The notes under the pieces were generated by a model. It ran no database searches and was not told the DNA's origin. It saw only the letters and a list, made by a program, of their open reading frames with translations. A stretch of 37,601 nt of DNA from a bacterium (GTDB lineage: Bacteria; Electryoneota; Electryoneia; Electryoneales; Electryoneaceae). Where the stretch lies: positions 1 through 37,601 of the forward strand of contig JAZDLX010000193.1 of the NCBI GenBank assembly GCA_043801585.1, given 5' to 3'. Made by a program: the position numbers and the translations under genes. Shown here piece by piece: positions 35,453 to 37,601 of this stretch (position 1 is its first letter; each line of letters starts with the position of its first letter).

Positions 35453-36652
35453 ACAAGAATCGTCACCGAACAGATGGACACCGTGCGCTCGGTCGCGGTC
35501 GGCGTCTGGTTCGAGACGGGCACACGCGACGAGTCTCTCCGCCAGGTCGGGATCAGCCATTTCATCGAGCACATGGTGTTCAAGGGGACGGACAAGCGAT
35601 CCGCGCTTCGCATCGCCCGGGAAATCGAACAGGTGGGCGGCTACCTCAACGCCTTCACCGGCAAAGAGGTGACAGCCTACTACGCGCACCTGCTCGACGA
35701 ACATCTTTCCCTGGCTGTTGATACGCTGACCGACATGGTGAGCCACTCCACCTTCGCGGAAAAGATGATCAAACGGGAGCAGGGCGTCGTACTGGAGGAA
35801 ATCGCCAGTTACGAAGACACTCCCGATGACGTTGTGCACGAGGATTTCAACCGGCTCGTCTTCGGCACCCACGCTCTCGGCAGGCCGGTACTCGGCACTC
35901 GGAAGTCGGTGTCCGCATTCACCCGTGATGACCTGCTCGCCTACTGGTCCCGCCATTATACTCCCCAGCGTCTTGTCGTCGTTGCGGCTGGAGCCCTGGA
36001 CCATGATGAGCTGGTGGAGATGGTGACGAAACAGCTTGCACTGCCGAAAGTCGAAAAGACACGCCGAATGATCAACGCTCCGGTGATTGCCGAGCGCAGA
36101 TTCACCCGCCGGAAGAAGATTGTGCAGGCGCATCTTTGCCTGGGAACCCGTGGACTGAGCTATGCGGACAAACGTCGGTACGCATTCTTTGTGCTGAACA
36201 CTGTGCTCGGCGCCGGAATGTCGTCACGGCTTTTCCAGCGCCTGCGCGAACGTCACGGCCTCGCCTACACGATCTACTCCTTCCATGAAGCCTATCATGA
36301 CACTGGACTGTTCGGCGTCTATGCCGGGCTCGAGGAAAAACAATTGGAGCGGGCTCAGGAGATGATCCTGCAGGAATTGAACAAGCTCGCCGAGACTCCT
36401 CTCTCGAGGCTTGAATTGAAACGGGCGAAGGATCAGTTGAAAGGCGGGCTGACCCTCGGGCTCGAGAATGTTTCAAGCCGGATGAACCGGCTCGCCCGGA
36501 TGGAAATTTACCTGGGACGTTATCATCCGCTCGACGATCTGCTACAGGGCATCGATGACGTCACCGCTGAGGACATTCAGTCACTCGCCGTAAAACTGTT
36601 CAGCAAAGAGCCCTACGTTTCGCTCCTGACACCTGATGGGAGTTCTGAATAG
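35408..36652 (+). CDS. M16-family (pitrilysin/MPP-like) zinc peptidase
   Basis: Inverted zincin motif HFIEH MVFKGT, GGYLNAFT and GMSSRLFQRLRE..GLAY. This family commonly follows pnp. Confidence 0.95.
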   Translation: MTAQPEVRKTVTEDGTRIVTEQMDTVRSVAVGVWFETGTRDESLRQVGISHFIEHMVFKGTDKRSALRIAREIEQVGGYLNAFTGKEVTAYYAHLLDEHLSLAVDTLTDMVSHSTFAEKMIKREQGVVLEEIASYEDTPDDVVHEDFNRLVFGTHALGRPVLGTRKSVSAFTRDDLLAYWSRHYTPQRLVVVAAGALDHDELVEMVTKQLALPKVEKTRRMINAPVIAERRFTRRKKIVQAHLCLGTRGLSYADKRRYAFFVLNTVLGAGMSSRLFQRLRERHGLAYTIYSFHEAYHDTGLFGVYAGLEEKQLERAQEMILQELNKLAETPLSRLELKRAKDQLKGGLTLGLENVSSRMNRLARMEIYLGRYHPLDDLLQGIDDVTAEDIQSLAVKLFSKEPYVSLLTPDGSSE

Positions 36653-36692
36653 CCGGACGGGTGATGGGTGGCCCTAACCTGAAGGATAGACG

Positions 36693-37601
36693 CTACCAGG
36701 CGAAAACGAACAGCAGATTTCCGCCGCCGAACGATCCGATCCAGGAGCGGTCGAGGTGCTGCATCACGCGCAGCCGAAGTTCTCCGTGAACCGGTCTGCT
36801 GACGTTTCGGTTCACATCCGCGCTTTTCCCGGGAAAGAGGAATCCACACGAAAATCCAACGCGCCAGCTCGTTTCCGTCTCACTTCTTCCAATGGTCGGC
36901 GAGCCCGAGCGGTCCACGTCCCTGATCCCGCCCTGGATCATCCCCTCGGTGTAGAACCACGATCTAATGTTCCGGCGCAGGGTGTGCTGGCTGTAGATTT
37001 CACGGACCTTCAACACATCATCGCCCGACATCGCCTCGACGTCAGATCGATTCAACATACTCGCCGTGACGTCCCCCTCCCATATCCATTCCGGTGCCAC
37101 GGGGCGGAACATGAACAGCCTGCCCGACCAGGCGCACTGGTTGCGATTCCAACGCATCCCTCCCGCGTCCTGTGCGAAATCCTCTCCCTGCGTCAGCCTG
37201 CCCCCACGGATCCAGCCGCCTTGCAAACGGTTCCTTGCTCCCTGTTGGACCCGTAGAAATACGCTCCATTCCCGGCCATCCATTCTCTGCCGCCCCTGTG
37301 AAAACAGCGGATCGGAAAAGACCAGTTCCCAGGGCAGTTCATACAACCCCTCTCCGGTGATCAGCAGAGTACCGGCACGAAACCGGCCGGACAGTTCGAA
37401 CCTGTGCGGGAACGATTCGTAATGCCCCTTTTCGTTGTTTTTCTCGTTGTAGATCCAACGGTGCTGAACCCAGCGAATCCGAAAGAAGCGATCACCCCGC
37501 CACCTCCACCCGGCTCCAACGCCGAAATCCAGGTCCTCCTTTTCGCGGAACCCGGTGGCGAAAATCGACGCCGTCCAACCGCTGGGATTTCGATGTTCCA
37601 T
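36693..37601 (-). CDS. Hypothetical protein, probable outer-membrane beta-barrel (5'-truncated)
   Basis: Open to the window edge, with aromatic/Gly-rich alternating strands and a beta-signal-like C-terminus NLLFVFAW. Confidence 0.6.
   Translation of the reverse strand: MEHRNPSGWTASIFATGFREKEDLDFGVGAGWRWRGDRFFRIRWVQHRWIYNEKNNEKGHYESFPHRFELSGRFRAGTLLITGEGLYELPWELVFSDPLFSQGRQRMDGREWSVFLRVQQGARNRLQGGWIRGGRLTQGEDFAQDAGGMRWNRNQCAWSGRLFMFRPVAPEWIWEGDVTASMLNRSDVEAMSGDDVLKVREIYSQHTLRRNIRSWFYTEGMIQGGIRDVDRSGSPTIGRSETETSWRVGFSCGFLFPGKSADVNRNVSRPVHGELRLRVMQHLDRSWIGSFGGGNLLFVFAW

Overview
Bacterial chromosomal segment from a diderm organism with fairly GC-rich coding regions. Gene content and a C-terminal TWGxxKxLFR motif suggest an FCB-related or candidate phylum, which is inference only. 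Left part: a 5'-truncated AlkD-like repair gene, two small unknown genes, a padR-TonB-dependent receptor operon with an operator palindrome, a paralogous second TonB-dependent receptor, an OsmC/YhfA protein, a PpiD/SurA-like chaperone, a Zn/Mn ABC transporter and an isolated small HTH-like basic protein. Middle (minus strand): a mevalonate operon (IDI-2, an HMG-CoA reductase-mevalonate kinase fusion, MvaD, phosphomevalonate kinase) followed by two FKBP PPIases. Right part: a secreted protein, a YfgM-like TPR protein, rimP-nusA-infB-DUF503-rbfA-DHH-truB-ribF-rpsO-pnp, an M16 peptidase and a truncated probable outer-membrane protein. I found no rRNA, tRNA, CRISPR array or transposase. The most unusual signal is non-coding: most larger intergenic gaps carry REP/MITE-like palindromes of several families. 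One scaffold carries interchangeable cap hairpins. A 30-nt covarying GGGTGGCC-TTCA-GGGTTTC hairpin sits twice between long direct duplications (23 and 46 bp), and an empty-site control for one of them lies in the same window.
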